Positions 13,401 through 27,880 of a stretch of DNA of 64,000 bases are shown one piece after another (within the stretch, counting starts at the first letter, position 1; every line of letters begins with the position of its first letter). This stretch comes from Geosiphon pyriformis uo1 (Eukaryota > Fungi > Glomeromycota): the NCBI GenBank assembly GCA_016748015.1, contig JAAOMT010000762.1, positions 248,001-312,000 on the forward strand. Reading direction: 5' to 3'. The translations under genes and the position numbers were made by a program. The notes below the pieces were generated by a model. It was not told where the DNA came from, did no database searches, and saw only the letters and a program-made list of their open reading frames with translations.

Positions 13401-16400
13401 AACCAATAGCAAAAATAGGAGATTGTGTCATTGTGCTTTTTAAAACCAAGAAGTTGTCCCCATAGAGAACATTGAAAGCACTGCAAGCTAAAAAAATCCT
13501 GTTTGAAAAAATCTTAGAAAGGATCTTGCAAGCTGTTTCAATCAGAGCAATTAAATAAGTATTTGTGAGAACACTTTTCCATTCATATGGTTTAGATATC
13601 ATTAAAACCCAAGCTTCCCTCTAAAGTCCAGGAACCAATTTACTAACTAAGCAAGAATTCAAAAGCACTAAAAGCATATCTAAAACTGACTTGTCGCAAT
13701 GTTTTTACAATTCATTAGAAATACCAGAAAGACCAGCAGTCTTTCCATCAAGAAGGTTCTTGACAATGGCAGACATCTTATTAAGACTAATCAAACACAT
13801 AACACCAGAAAAAGCACTATCAAACACATAATTCAGAGGCTGAAATTGGCAAACCCAATCAGCAGAGAGATCAAATACCACTCTACATTTTTTGGTCCAT
13901 CTCTTCATGATTTTATCTACCTTAAATTTGACCAAATTAGGCTCTAAAATCAACTCATCTCCCACAACCAGATGATTCAAAACCACCTTATGAAAAGAAT
14001 GCTTCAATACAATTCTGATGGTATGACCTTTGTCCAACTCAAAACTCTCTATTCTCCTAGCAATAGTCTGCTTAATATAAGACTCCTTAGCACACTTGGA
14101 TTCCAACAACTTGGCAGTACAGTATAATTTTTTTGTCTTAACAAACACAGAATAAATAAGATCAAAATTAGAACCTAAAAGAAAAAGAGACTTCACCATT
14201 AATGCACCAGTGGAATCAAACTTGTCCCACGTGTCCAGCAATGCAACAAAATCACAACAAGAAATTAAATGCAAAGCCTTGACCAGCTTAGAAACCAGCA
14301 ACTTCAGCTTATAAAACCTGGAAAATTCCTTGGTGAAAACATTATCAAAACTCTTGAATTATTTCTTCTTAAATGCACTATCAGCTGAGAAAACCATGAT
14401 TTTGTGAATAATGTTCTATATAGCATCCAGATCTGAGAACCTTACAACAAAACCAAAAGCATCTGAAAACATAACAGTGTTAGCAGCTGTATTATTCCTA
14501 AACTCAAACCATTTTGTCTTATTGGTATTTTTGATGTCAAACTTCCAACAATCTCTATTCACTTGTTTGCAAAGAGAAATCAAATGAGTATTCAAAAGTC
14601 CATCCAACTCCAAAGACACAGAGACAGTCTGGTAATTCATGTCGAAATGTTTGCTAACATCGGAAATACCACAATGAACAACCACATTAATTAGATTAGG
14701 AGAAATAAACACATAGTCAATGGTTTTCTCAACACCCCTAGAATTTGCCCAAGTGGGTGTTTTAGCAGCCGAGCTTCCGACCAAAGAATTAACTAGCTCT
14801 AGATCCAGGCATTTTTTAAAACTAGCACACTTATAAGACCAATCTTCATTAAAGTTACTACTGAGAACAATAAAAGAAGACTTATTAACAGCCTTTGCAA
14901 TGAGAGAGTTGATTTCATTGGCTTAAGAGAACCAAACCACTGAAGAAATACCAGCATAAAGACTTAAAATAAATACAGAAAGTTTATTTTTGAAAAGCAA
15001 TTTGATGTATAGTAGCCGACCAGGCACCTCAGAGACCTTATACACATGTTTTGCTAAAGAAGAATCCATGACAATAATCACATCAGCACCCAGACAACCA
15101 GAATTCAAACCAGAAGTAAACATCCAGACATCATCAAACCTGCTAGCAATTCATGAATGAACCTTTCCCTTTAGCTTTGATTCCATAAAAATAGAAATTA
15201 AATTGCCTATATCCTTATGCCAATAAATGATATTTTTCTGTTTTGCAGAATTATTTATTCCTTTAACATTACACATGGCAACTTTCCAAACCAGATCTGT
15301 TATTAAGAAGAACAAATGACAGGCACTAGACCAGCATTATTCATTTTAGCTGAAAGGCTCATAACCATAACTGAAAGATTTTTTAAAGTTTTTTCCATTT
15401 TCAAGACAACCAAAAGATCAAAAACCACTGCCCTCACTACAGCTTCACCACTAGTGGCCACACCTAAATCCTCACTTATCACTATATCTGCCCCTTGATT
15501 CTGTGATGAAAGAATCACCAACAGCTAATGTCCAGGACTAAGCTGGAAAACTGTTGGCCCAAATGTGTCCAATCTCTTAGCCAGCTTATTAACACACTCT
15601 GTAAGACTGGTGAGACTGCACTTAAGAGTGGTAAACCTATCATTCATTTTCAAAGACACCAGCGGAGTAAGCCTTATCTCTAAAGAGGAGTCATTTTTTG
15701 AAAAAACATTCTGACCAGAAAAAGGGGGGAAAAAAGACCTACTGACAACACTAGCCCATGAAGCACTACCAAAAGCAACTGGCCGAGTGACTGGAGCTAA
15801 ACGTTTGGCATAAATGGTTACCAGTCTACTTTTATCAGAATTCGAAAGCATCTAACACAGCAACCTACCAGAAGGCAATTTTTCATTAGAACCACAGTTC
15901 AAAGAAGTATGATCCAATCTCTCACACTTTGCACATGTAGCAAAACCAAGATAGGACCAACAAAGATGAGCACCTCTTAATATGGGTGTGGTTCTCATGA
16001 TAGCATCTAATGATTCAGCTGAGTCAAAACAAACAATAGCACATCTGGCTTTGGCATATGTAACCAAATGATAATTAATAACACACATTTTCTCACCTAC
16101 AAAACCAATAAAGTCTCAAATGTTGTGAGCATTTGTTCCCACAGGTAGAGTATAGAGCAATGCTTTATGAAGATCTCTTTTATCTCATGTAATCTTATTC
16201 AAATCTGATCTAGCAATGCACACCATATCCTTTCCAATCAGAATAGATCATCTATTTGCCAAAAGATCAGTCTGAGATTGTTCCTCAAACTCAATGATTG
16301 CTTTTTGCCACAGCCTCACCAATTGCATTTTGATCGACTTAATTACACCAAATTTAGACAATACAGCATGCACAGCCTTAGCTGATGCTCTAACTGGAAT

Positions 16401-17219
16401 TTTTTTCATTACCACAGCCTGATCTGAATGACCAGTTGATTTTTTGAGATCAGTGTTCACCAGAATCTTCACATCAGCAGTCTTTTTGGTGGCTTTTATC
16501 AAACCCAATTTAGAAGTAAACATCACCTGAATGATTCCAGAAAATTTTAAAGGGGTAGAGGCCTCCCCAAAACCATTGATTTTTGAAAATAATTTTCTGA
16601 TTACAGCCAACTTATCCTGAGCAGATTTCTCAGCAACATTGTTCAAGCTAATATCCAAAATAAAGGATTTCTTGACAGAAACATTAACCAAATTTTTGAG
16701 AGAAGAGGAAAGCACCAATGGAGTGTCAAAGAGAACACTATCTTTATCACCACCAATGGAGAAGTTAATCTTCTCTAATGACTTGTTCAATGCTTTCTTA
16801 GTTTTGACTTTAGAGTCTTTAGGGGTCTGATTAGGATCTTCATCTGCAAAAGCAATGTCTTTACCATAATCAAAACTGGTTTCCTCAACTAGACACTCCT
16901 CTTCCATATTAATACTGTCAAACTTGGTGGTGTTACCAGTCTCTGAACCCCATGAACAGTTGCTTTGAACATTAGAAACCAATTTTTCTTTGCCAAGATT
17001 ATTCTCCAAAGTACCACCCCATCTCTTTTTTCTAAGAACAACAGGTTTGAAACTATCACCAGAGCCAGAATCTTTGGTAGTCTTCTTCATAACAGTGATA
17101 CTACAGCCAACAGTGGCCTTATAGTCAAGAATAAAGAGTTTAGATTTATTGTACTGAATTGTAAAAAACTTCTTTCAAAAAAACTTTTGACTTTTTTTTA
17201 GGATTTTGGAACAAAAAAG
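10478..17219 (-). mobile_element. Full-length degenerate LINE, copy 1 (ORF1 RRM/CCHC; ORF2 APE-RT-RNase H-zinc finger)
   Basis: Poly(A)/(TAAA)n tail at 10478-10500. ORF1 ~17090-15300 with CAKCERLDHTSLNC. ORF2 ~15303-10615 with TIDYVFIS (APE), LQDMHKAYD and AFIDDTIW (RT), VRGHLGVSGNECTDALA (RNase H) and CLFC...HVFCC. Many premature stops. Confidence 0.93.
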
Positions 17220-17774
17220 TTTTTTATTTTTAATAATTTTAATAAAACAAAATTATAATCTGTTTTATGTTTATTTTAATTTTATCAAGTTAACTATAAA
17301 ACTTTAATTGTTTTTTATATAACAAGTTTTTATTAATAAACAAAATTTTTTTAATTATTTTTTCAGATATGTTAAAAAACAATAATAATATATTTAAGCA
17401 TATATTTATTTATTTATTACTAATTTTTTTTTAATAGCTGATTTTTTTGGTTTAATAATAATTTGTATTTTATTATTATTAAATATAATAATTTGTTTTT
17501 TAATGATTAAAATAAAAATTAAATAGTTTTTAATTTAATACTTATAAAAAATATAAAAAATATTTTAAATGTTTTAATTTAAAAAATAATTATTTATGTA
17601 AATTGAAAATATTTTTTGTTTTAAAAATAATATATTTATTTATTTTAAATTTTTATTAATTTTAAGATTAATAAATAATCAATTAAGTTATTTATAATAT
17701 TTTTATTTATTAAAAATTGTTTTATATTAATTTTATTAAATATAAAAAAGTTTAATATAAAAATAGTAAAAAAA

Positions 17775-20700
17775 CTTCTTTTTCTCTTATATTCAAAAAC
17801 TCCAAAGAGCACTTTTTTGAAAAAGAAGTTTTTGTTTTTTCTTATTAGTTTATACCAATATTTTTTTATCTAACAACTCTTTCATTGTAGATTTAAAAGT
17901 TATTTTAAGTGGCAACATGTTTAAAAAGAAGATGTTTAAGAATGTTTTTCATGGCCCTGCTGATGGTTCATTTTCTTAGAAAAAAAAGGTGGTTTTTAAG
18001 AAGATCAAATACTCTAGTGATAAAAAAGATATCTCTTTGAACAAGTCTGGATCTAGTGACAATATATATTCTGATGCTAATAGTCTGTTTGGAGATGATA
18101 AAAATATTAGCATAATTGGTGTTAGTGGTGGCTCTCTTTTGGACTCAACTGCCAATACTCCCAGAGCAAAGTGAATTGATACTGGTGCTGTTTTTGGCTT
18201 TCTACTTGGTCCTTCCAATTTTGTTATGAATGATGATAAAGAAGTCTCTCTTTCTTTTCACCTTTCAATCTCTCTAAATAAAAAATGAATTGACCCTAAA
18301 ATTATCAAAACTCAGGTAAAGGTTGCTATTAAGAAGTTATTTGCTTTGGACATCAATCTTTCAGCAATAGAAGGCAAATCAGTAACATCAAAAACTCAAG
18401 TAATCAGGAAATTATTTTCAGTAGTCAATGATTTTAGGAAGACCACTACTCTCTCAAAATTTGAGGGGATTATTAGATCTATATTTACATCAGAAGAGAG
18501 CATGAACAAAGCAGTATTATTGATTGGAAAAAATAGAATCAAGATAAATAGTGGTCTCAAAAGACAAAAAATGTGTTCAGATCAAACTGTGGTCATTAAA
18601 AAAATTCCCATAAATATGCCAAAAGATATGATTATTACTGTAGTGGCCAAGTATGGTGAGATTGTGTCAATCCAATTGCAATTGGTTGGGCTGTGGCAAA
18701 AAGCTGTAATGGAATTCACCAAATTGAATTAGGCTGATAATTTGGTAACAAGATAGTTATTTTTAATTGAAAAAAATTCAGTATATGTGGCCAAAACCAT
18801 GGGAGATCGAAATATTTGGGCATCAAAAAATTAGTTCAGAGCATTTCTGTTTACTTTACCAATGGAAATGACTATGCATGATCTTGGGACTCTTTTGGAA
18901 AAGGCTAGTGAAAAAACTTGCTTTATTAATTAATCATTGGAAACTGGCAATAGAATCTGCTGTGCTGTAATTTGTTTTAAATTTGATGAGACATTGGAGT
19001 CTGCTTTTTACACAGAGCTGATTCTTGGTGGTGTTAAGCTTTCTTAGGCAAAAATGAATTTGGTGCAGTATGTAAGATGTGACAAATTTGGTTATTCTGC
19101 TTTGAAATGTGATGTACCAATTGTATCTACTTCTAAGTCTCTGAAAATATTTAAAAGGTTTGCTTTAGATGAATGCTGTCTTCAATTGGCAAAGTTATAC
19201 ATGAAAAAAAATGTACTTATTTTTCATTCTGCTGCCTTTGGTTACAAGTCTTGGGTGCAGGTAGTTTCACTTGCTTTCTCTTTAGGTGGTTCTGGTTTAG
19301 GCTTTAATTTGTCTCTCTTTGGTATCTTTTATGTTAAAAAAAGTTTGCCTATTAGTTAACTTGACTTGTTTTTTAGTGCTTACTTGAATTCTTTGGAACA
19401 TTTTCTAAAGTTGTTGGTGAATTAGATGTCTAATATTATGTATAGGTTGAATGATATAAATCTGGTGCCTTTGATATCTGTTTCTTAACATTATTTTTCT
19501 ACTATATTTATCTTAGCAGAAACAAACTTAAGTGTAAATATGGAGCTTGAATAATCCACCCATTTCTTTTGTTATTCTCCCTTTAGTTGTGAATAATACA
19601 GTTTTAGATTTGGGCCAAAGTAAATTCAAGATTCTTATCACCAAAATAAGTGGATTGAAATCTAAAATAGTCATCCTAAAAATTTTTATTGATACAGTCT
19701 TGGCAAGGTTAGATCAATTGTGTGCTGGTTTAGACTCTTCTGTATCTTTTCTTTTTTAATAAGTAACTTTATTTAGAAAGTAGCCACATATAATGTTAGG
19801 AGTTTAAACAATTTAGTTAAACAAAAGGATATTATTAAATGGCACATAAATTTATGCAGCTCAATTTCTATTTTCACTAAGACAAATAAGTTTTTTGGTT
19901 TGAGGAACTTTAGCTTTGGGTTGAATTCTGGACATTTGGGCTTAGAAGTTATGATAATTTTAAATGAAAATCTTGTTTATCACATATATAAAGTTTCTGA
20001 AGTTTTTGGGTGCTTTATTTCTGTTCATTTTCTCTTTTCTGATAAGATTTCTGTCACAATTTTGGGTCTATATGCTGGTGCCTTAGTTAGTATAAAATTC
20101 AACCAGGCTTTTGCCATCAATTTACTTATTGCCTTAATAATAAATTCAAGCTCTTATGTTATACTTGATGATAACTTTAACAAAAATGGGGTTGGACATA
20201 GTGTGAGTTTCAAAAGATGTTCAGAATTGGCATTGCACAACACACTTTCAGGCATTTCTACTTCTAGGCTTCTAATATGATACAATTTCAGAGGAGTAAA
20301 GAAGACTATTGATTTTGTTTTCATAAGTAAACATCTTTTAGCTGCTGTGTTTGGTGGTTGTGTGCATGGTGTTTATAATTATTTTAATACCAATCATTTG
20401 GCTGTTTCTGTTTTTGTGAGTTTGAGTGGCATTCTGAACAAGCATTTGGCTATATTGTATAATCTTGCTAATAGAGACCATTAGAAATTTAAGCTTAAAA
20501 ACTTAGATGCTGCTAAGTAAGTATGCTTTAAGAATTGTGCCTTTGCCAAAATGTCTTTGTTGTCAAGTAATTTTACTGCTACTAGAGAGCTGAGTAATTT
20601 GGATTCAATGTGGAGTTTGTTAGAAAGAGTGATAACTGATTTAGTAAATTTTGTTTTTTCTAAGCATTGGTACAGTGTTTTTGATTGTTCTAAGAACAAA

Positions 20701-23700
20701 CATTTTTCTAGATTTTATAGACTTAAACTATTGATTACTAAATTGGTTAAAACACTGAACTCAAATGATGGCTCAAGATTTTTTCACTTAATCAAGATAT
20801 GGTCAGTTATTGACAGTATGGAGTCTTCTAAGGTCTTCAGTTTAGTTAATAGATGTGTTACTTTTGTAAATGTTTTCAAACAATTGTTGATAGCCAAAAA
20901 GTTTAATCACAAAACTAAATATAGAAAATTTGAGTTGGCTAAAAGTGTGTCTATTAACAATGCTATCAAGAAGCATATAGATAATTTTGTTTTAGGAAAA
21001 AGAAGTATGATTAATAGCATTTTGAATCATCTTTTTTATAAGATTGTTTTTAATTACTTGGTAGTTAGTAAGGACTTAATTTTAGAACCAGCCAAAATAA
21101 AACTCAAAGTTAACAATAATAGTTAATTAGACAAAAAAGCATATGATCCCTGTAATTGTGCTTGATTTGTGGTCTTGTTAATATGCTCCTTTAAGTTATG
21201 TAGAAAATAACACTTTTTTTGGTATAATAAATATAATTAAATTAACCAATTTGAGTATAGTTATTAAGGATTTACCTAATAATAAAGCTGCTGAATTTTT
21301 GGGTATATTGAATGAACTTTGGAAGCATTGTAATAATGTAATAATAAGTTTTTTTCTGAACTTGCTGAATGCTTGTCTTGTACATGGTAATATTCCAGCT
21401 CCTTGAAAGTGTGCTTGGGTTTCAATGATTCCCAAGTCCTATAATTAAGATAGACATCTCACTAACACATGTTCAATTGCTTTAATTGAAACTGCTTATA
21501 AGATTTTGTCAAAAATTTTGTCAAACCATATTTTTTCAGCTTGCAATAATTTTAGTATTCTTAGAGGTGACAATTTTTCAGTCCTGAAAGACATGTTAAC
21601 TCAATTATCTGTCTTTGTTATTGGTTTGATAGTAGAGAATGCCATCAAAAAAGAAAGAAAACTCTGGTTGGTTTTACAAGATATGCATAAGGTCTAAAAT
21701 TTTGTAGGATGATATCACTTAAAAGCCAGCCTGAAACATATTAAAATATGTGACAAATTTATTGGGTTTTTTGAAAATATTCACTTAAATAAAACCAACA
21801 AGATCATGACTGATTTTGGGCTTTCAAATGGTTACAGAGTTCTGAATAGACTTAACTAGGATGAAGTGTTTTCTCTGCTTCTTTGGAAAATTTTTTATGA
21901 CCCTTTTTTATGTGAAGTCAAAAGGCATGAACATTTGTGTGAATACAGAATTGACTCAAAGTTCATTGCAAAATCTGATAGGATGGAATTACAAACTGAA
22001 ATAACATCTCATTTTATTGCTGGGGTTTTTGTAGACAACACAATTTGGGTAAACAGCAGTTAAACTGCCACTCAGTACATCTTAAACATAGCCAGTGAAT
22101 TTTTTGCCCTGAATAATATTTCTATAAATGCAGAAAAAACTGTTGTCATTTCTATCAATTAAAGGATCAAGAATATTTTTTTGTTTATTAGTAGTTTGCC
22201 AATTGTTGTGGCTAAAAAAGGTAAATTTTATTAGTATTTAGATATTTTTTTATCAACAAAAGAGCTTTTGAAGCCAAATTTAATTAAAGTACATTCAGAT
22301 ATATGTTTTTTTTCAAACACAGTTCTGTACAAGGCTATTTTTGACAAGCAATTTTGTTATCTGGTCTCATTTGTTCTGCAGCCCATTATTAGCTACAAGA
22401 TGCAATTCAGTTTTATTCCTAACAATATTTGCTCTAAGTGAGATGCCATGATTAGAAAAAGCTTGAAAATCAAGACACATCTCCTTTATGATTTCCCTAC
22501 AATAGCTTTATTACATTCTTTTTTGTATGGCATTAAAACATTTAATCAGGTACAAACTAAAAATAAATCATTTTCTGTTATTAGTTTTATGAATGCTCTT
22601 GATATTTGAGTTAGCTTTTTGTTTATTGGAGTTTGGATTTGTATATTGTTAATTGGTTATTTGTTCATCTATTGTGTCATCTTATCAGATTGCGAGTTGA
22701 TCTTAAAGATAATTTTTTAACCAAAATCATGAAAATTTTTTATTTTGTGGATTGTCTTTTTCTGCTTTGCTGAATGCTTTTTGTCGGTCTAATAAAACAC
22801 TAATTTTTGAGGTTCTTGGAAGTAATATTTTCTTTAAGGTTGCCTATTCTCTGAAACAGTATAGAATTGTTTTCATTAAACAACTGTTGAACAAAAAGGG
22901 TGTCTGCTTCGATTAGAAGTGTTTTAGGCATTAAAAACATCTGAACCCATGTGGCTCTGTCTTGGCATAGTTTAGTTTGGCTCTCCATTTTTTGGGTACT
23001 AAATTGCCTGTAGCTGACTTCATGTCATCTCTGTTTAATAACCAGTCTATTGACTTTGCTATTATTGACTTTATTAGTAGAACTAATGCCAGTCTTCTGG
23101 GTTTTGGTTCAGCTTCTTTTGATGTATATATGAGTTTTGTAAAGCATTTTGGTTCTAATTTTGGCATTAGTGTTAGAGTGTATGTCTATGGTATTATGTT
23201 ATTTACATTGGCTGAGTTCAAGATTATTGTACTTGTGCTCACTTGCATCTCTTTAAGGAATGGTGTTGTTATTTACTCTGATAGTCAAGCTGCTATTTTT
23301 GCATGTGCTGATGAGTCAGTTTTAACTTTGTCAGATTTCAGAAAACATTTTTGGATAAAATGCTATCAAATTGTCAATTTTATTAACAGAAAATCACTTA
23401 CAGTATCCTGAGTTAAGATTAAGAACCATTCTGGTGTTCTGAATAATAAATGCACTAATATAATCACTTTTAGTGTCTGTTATTTTGATGTGATTTTTTC
23501 CACTTTTGTTGATAAGTATTTTTTGAAATCTAATAATTTGGTACTGTCTTGTAATATTTGTTATTAGATTAGAGATTTCTACTGAGCTTTATATCAGACT
23601 AAATAAGAGAGTGGATTTGGTTCCAAGATTAAAGAAACTTGTAATATTGGGTTAGTAGATTAGAGAAAGACTTTTGCAGTTTGACACTCTAATAATTACA

Positions 23701-24513
23701 TGGCTTCTGGTTCTATAAACTGTTAATCAGTATTTTTAAGAACTTATTTCATGAAATTGTTACATGGCCATCTATCTGTGGCTGTTTAAAAATGTGTTTA
23801 CTGTAATTTCTACTTAAGCATCAAGTATTTGTTTTGTAATATGGTTGAGACATCTGACCATTCTTTTGTATGCTTTTATAATGCGGTGGTCTATAGTATG
23901 ATTTTGTCAAAATTTGGTGTGAAATAGTCATCACTATCAAACATTGTCATTTTTTTTTCTATAGTTATTCAGGATTTCTTCTCTTGTGTAAATAATATTA
24001 ATCTGTATTTGATTTTGGCAAGAGATTTCATATCTGTTAGTTAGTACAATAAAGCTTTAAGTGTTTGTGATAGTCCTGAGTCAATTGGTATAATGATAGT
24101 AGATTTTATCAGAGATTTGGCTTTAGTTTACAGATCTATAATATGGTGTAGTAGATCTGAATGCTAAGCATCCATAAAAAAAGTGGGACTTGTAATTGCT
24201 GATAACAGTGTGAAGGAAATTGTCAATGATAATGAGAGTGTATTAAGTGATAGTATTGTCAGATTACTTAATATAGATAAAATCAGGGGTGTGTATTCTG
24301 GTATATATACTAAATATTTGCTTTTTTCAGATTTGGGTAATAAAATAATAGTGGTGGTGAATTTGTAGTGTAGTCTTGGTTAACCTAAGCAGCTGGTCAC
24401 ATGTAAAAAATGTGTGAATCACATTTAGTTTTATAATACATATATGTTATATGTTTTTAGATAGCAATTGGGCCACATTCATTAAACTGAAATATAAAAA
24501 AAAAATATAAAAA
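17775..24513 (+). mobile_element. Full-length, more eroded LINE, copy 2 (divergent subfamily)
   Basis: 5' motif cttctttttctc after an A-run. ORF1 ~17917-19762 and ORF2 ~19759-24368 fragments (LQDMHK, VFVDNTIW, YSDSQAA). Conserved 3' UTR and poly(A) at 24496-24513. Confidence 0.9.
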
Positions 24514-25053
24514 CTATTATTCAAAACTTTGTTAACCATAAAATTTTTTTTATTAATTAAAAAACTTATTTTTGTTTAAATAATATTCTAAAATTAAGTT
24601 ATTAATATTTAAAAAAAGTATTTTGTATATTATTACTTATAAAAAAAACAATAATTAATATTTAATATATATTATATATTAAAAATAAATATATAACTTT
24701 TTTATAATAATTAATAAAATTTTAATAAAAAAAATACTTTTTGTTATAAAAACAGCTAAACAAAACATTTTAAAAATGTTTTTTTTTTAAATATTAATAA
24801 TATAAAACTGTTTTTAATAGCTTTTAACTCATTTTTTTTGATTAATAGTTTTTTTTTTAAGATATATTTAGATTAATATTAATATTGTTTTTGTTTTTTT
24901 TAAAAATTTAAAAGTTTTTAACAATAAATTAATTAAAAAATTGGTTTTTTTTATATTACTATTATTACTTTATTAATAATCAAAAAACCAAAAAATTTAA
25001 AAAATAACAGTTACTTTTGTTTATTATTATTATTATATTAATTTTTTTGGTAA

Positions 25054-27880
25054 TTTTTTTTTTATTAGTTTTATGAATAAGATCCAAATACTGTCTAGTA
25101 CAATACATTATATAAATAATTTAAACTAGATATAAATCATATTTTTCCTACACATAACCAACCATTCAAGCTGATTAAGACAACACTATATATTTATACA
25201 AACTGAAACTATGTCCCTTATTTCTGTAAAAAATAAACAAGACTTCTATATTCTAAAACTAATATTAAATGCCTTAGTGATACCAAGCAATTTGACCACA
25301 CTAGTAGAAAACACCAAAGACATTTTAAAAACTAAAATAGAAGCTGAATTATTACATGGAATCAGCTTATTTTTTTTCATAAAGACACAATATTTAGTAT
25401 AGACCAACCAAATTTTATTTCTAAAGGCTAAACAGAAATTCTACATAAAGTCCACAACTATATGACAAGCAACTTTGGTATTTTCAAGGATGGAAACAGC
25501 CTTTTGACACCAACCATTAAAAACAAAGCTCTTACAAAAAGCTGTACACATTACAACATTAGAAGCATATAACAACAACAGTTAAAATACACATGAAGTA
25601 GAACAAAAAACACCAGAAAACTCCCTTTATGCAGCCACATAGGTCTTCAACAATTGATGGCAAACAGACTTATCAATTACACAAAAAAAAACATGGTTTG
25701 AAACTTTAATGTCACCACAATACAAACATAATACACTAGGATAACACTTATTATATAGGTATTTTGAATAGCAATAGATAGCTAATAATATAAAGTTTTT
25801 ATAAAATAAGTGCAGATATTAACAAAATGTTTATTGGTGAAACCAGCAGCCATGTATAAGTTAGGATGTCACATCAAAAACAAGCTGAGCCAGTCAATAT
25901 TTGAGAACAAACTATTAGACAGAATTTTAAAACCAAAACCAACTTCTTAATATGCACAGTGAACAAACTAAAAAACTTCATGAACAAAATATCTAAAATT
26001 ACCAGAAACCATACTACCACTCACCAAAATATAATGCTTTTTTATATGAGAAAGAAGATACCAATTAAAGACAGATATAGTGTTAGCAAGAGCATTAGCT
26101 TGTTTGTTGTCCAGAATTTCTGAGTGACTCTTCACTTTGTGCCATTTAACATGTAAATTCTTGTTATGAATGATTCCTACAATATTCTGGTGTTCAACCC
26201 AACATTAATTTTAAAAGTCCAGACATAAGAAACCCAATTCTATACTACATGTATCTAAAGCAGCTTAACTGTTTGTAAATAAGCAAATTAAGTTAAGAAG
26301 AGGAACACACTCAAAAGCTAATACAATAGCTTGTAATTTTACCAAAATAGAAGATAACAAATCCAATACTCTGATATCCAAATCCAAGTTTATGTCCCCA
26401 AAAAAAACTGCAGCACCTGCTCTTATATTAGTGATTTCTAAATTCTTTAGAGACTTATCCATATAGACAGACAGACTACTAACATTAACATTTGACAATT
26501 GATCACAAATTAACTCAAAATCATTTAACTCAAGAATACTCAAAGAACCAATACCACTCAAAAAAAAAACATGTGGAAGAAGAATCTATACCACTAAAAA
26601 AGTTTACAAAAAGCTTAAACCAATCAAAAATAGAACCATGAGGATCTAATCTCTTCTATTACTTGAAGATTTTTTAACTAAAAATACTGTCATCTTGGCT
26701 GTAAAGTTGGTCCACAAAAGTAATACTGTATTGCTAAAGTAAAAGAAGGAACTTAAAAAACATAGACTCATTAAGAACAGTTAATATAAAGATCCCACCC
26801 TAAAGACAAAAAAAATTGTTTATATAACCACCCAGAAATAAATTGCATTCAAGAAAGATACAAACTATATTTGCCAAAAAGTTATTAAATGGACTAATCT
26901 TAATATAAACCAGGAAGCTCAAAAGATGAAGAAAGCACCAACACAAAACTTGTAAGTTATAAGACTTTTGAGAGAACAAATGTTTCAAAATCCTGATTGA
27001 GTTTGCAAAAATCACAAAGAACATCACTTTGCTTTTAGCTTGAACCTGCTCAAAAGTTTTTAAGCTATATAAAGAAGAGTAATGAAGCACATTATTAGGA
27101 AAATTAAAAAGCAGACCAGATTTCAATTTCAAGTCTTTATAAATTAAAGCATTCCATTTATTACACACACTAATTGGAATAAAGCTGAATTAAGTTCTGT
27201 AGCCAACAATAAAATAAAGAACAGCTAATACCAAATATAAAAACTGCTTGTTAGAGATGGCTTTTTTTAGAACAAAGTTGGCAAAAAACCAGATATTCAA
27301 ATATGTCTTAGCTAAACTAAGCTTAGACAGACTTTTACTGAATAAAAAAATACCCAGATAGTAATAAGATTTATTTTTTTTGGCAATGGAAATAAGTAAA
27401 CCACTAATTAATAAAAAAAAACTATTAACTCTGTAATTGATAGGAATAACTACTATCTTATTATTATTAATAAAGATATTATTGATCTGAAAAAATTTAC
27501 TGACAACATTGAAGATATGTTGAATAGCATTTTGACTGCTGTCAACCCAAATTGTATTGTCAACAAAAGCACCAGCTATGAAAAAAGAAAACAATCCAGC
27601 CTAAAATTCTGCATGACTATTTCTGGAAATAGTATAAGAATTCAATCTGTACTCATACATATACTCTTGTCTTTTGACTTTACACAGAAAAGAATTATAA
27701 AAAATATGCTATAAAAAAGGCAAAAAAACCTTTCTCTGATCTAAACTATTATGCATCTAATACCCATTAGTCAATCCAAAATTCATTATAACCTTGTTGA
27801 TACAACTATTGTAAATACTACCAAAAAATTGAATAAATTTATCACATATCTTAATTCTGATCAAACTCTTCTTAAGATGC
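25054..27880 (-). mobile_element. 3' half of LINE, copy 3, cut within the RT region by an LTR element
   Basis: Poly(T) at ~25054-25063 with 3' UTR homology, RNase H (VYMDKSL...LQAIVLA) and AFVDNTIWV. Homology stops abruptly at cttaagatgc|tgttac (27880/27881). Confidence 0.88.

Noticed and set aside
10615-17090. Alternative genetic code explaining the many in-frame stops
   Set aside because: Stops are mostly copy-specific, derive from CAA/CAG/CGA/TGG, and the two host genes read through with the standard code.
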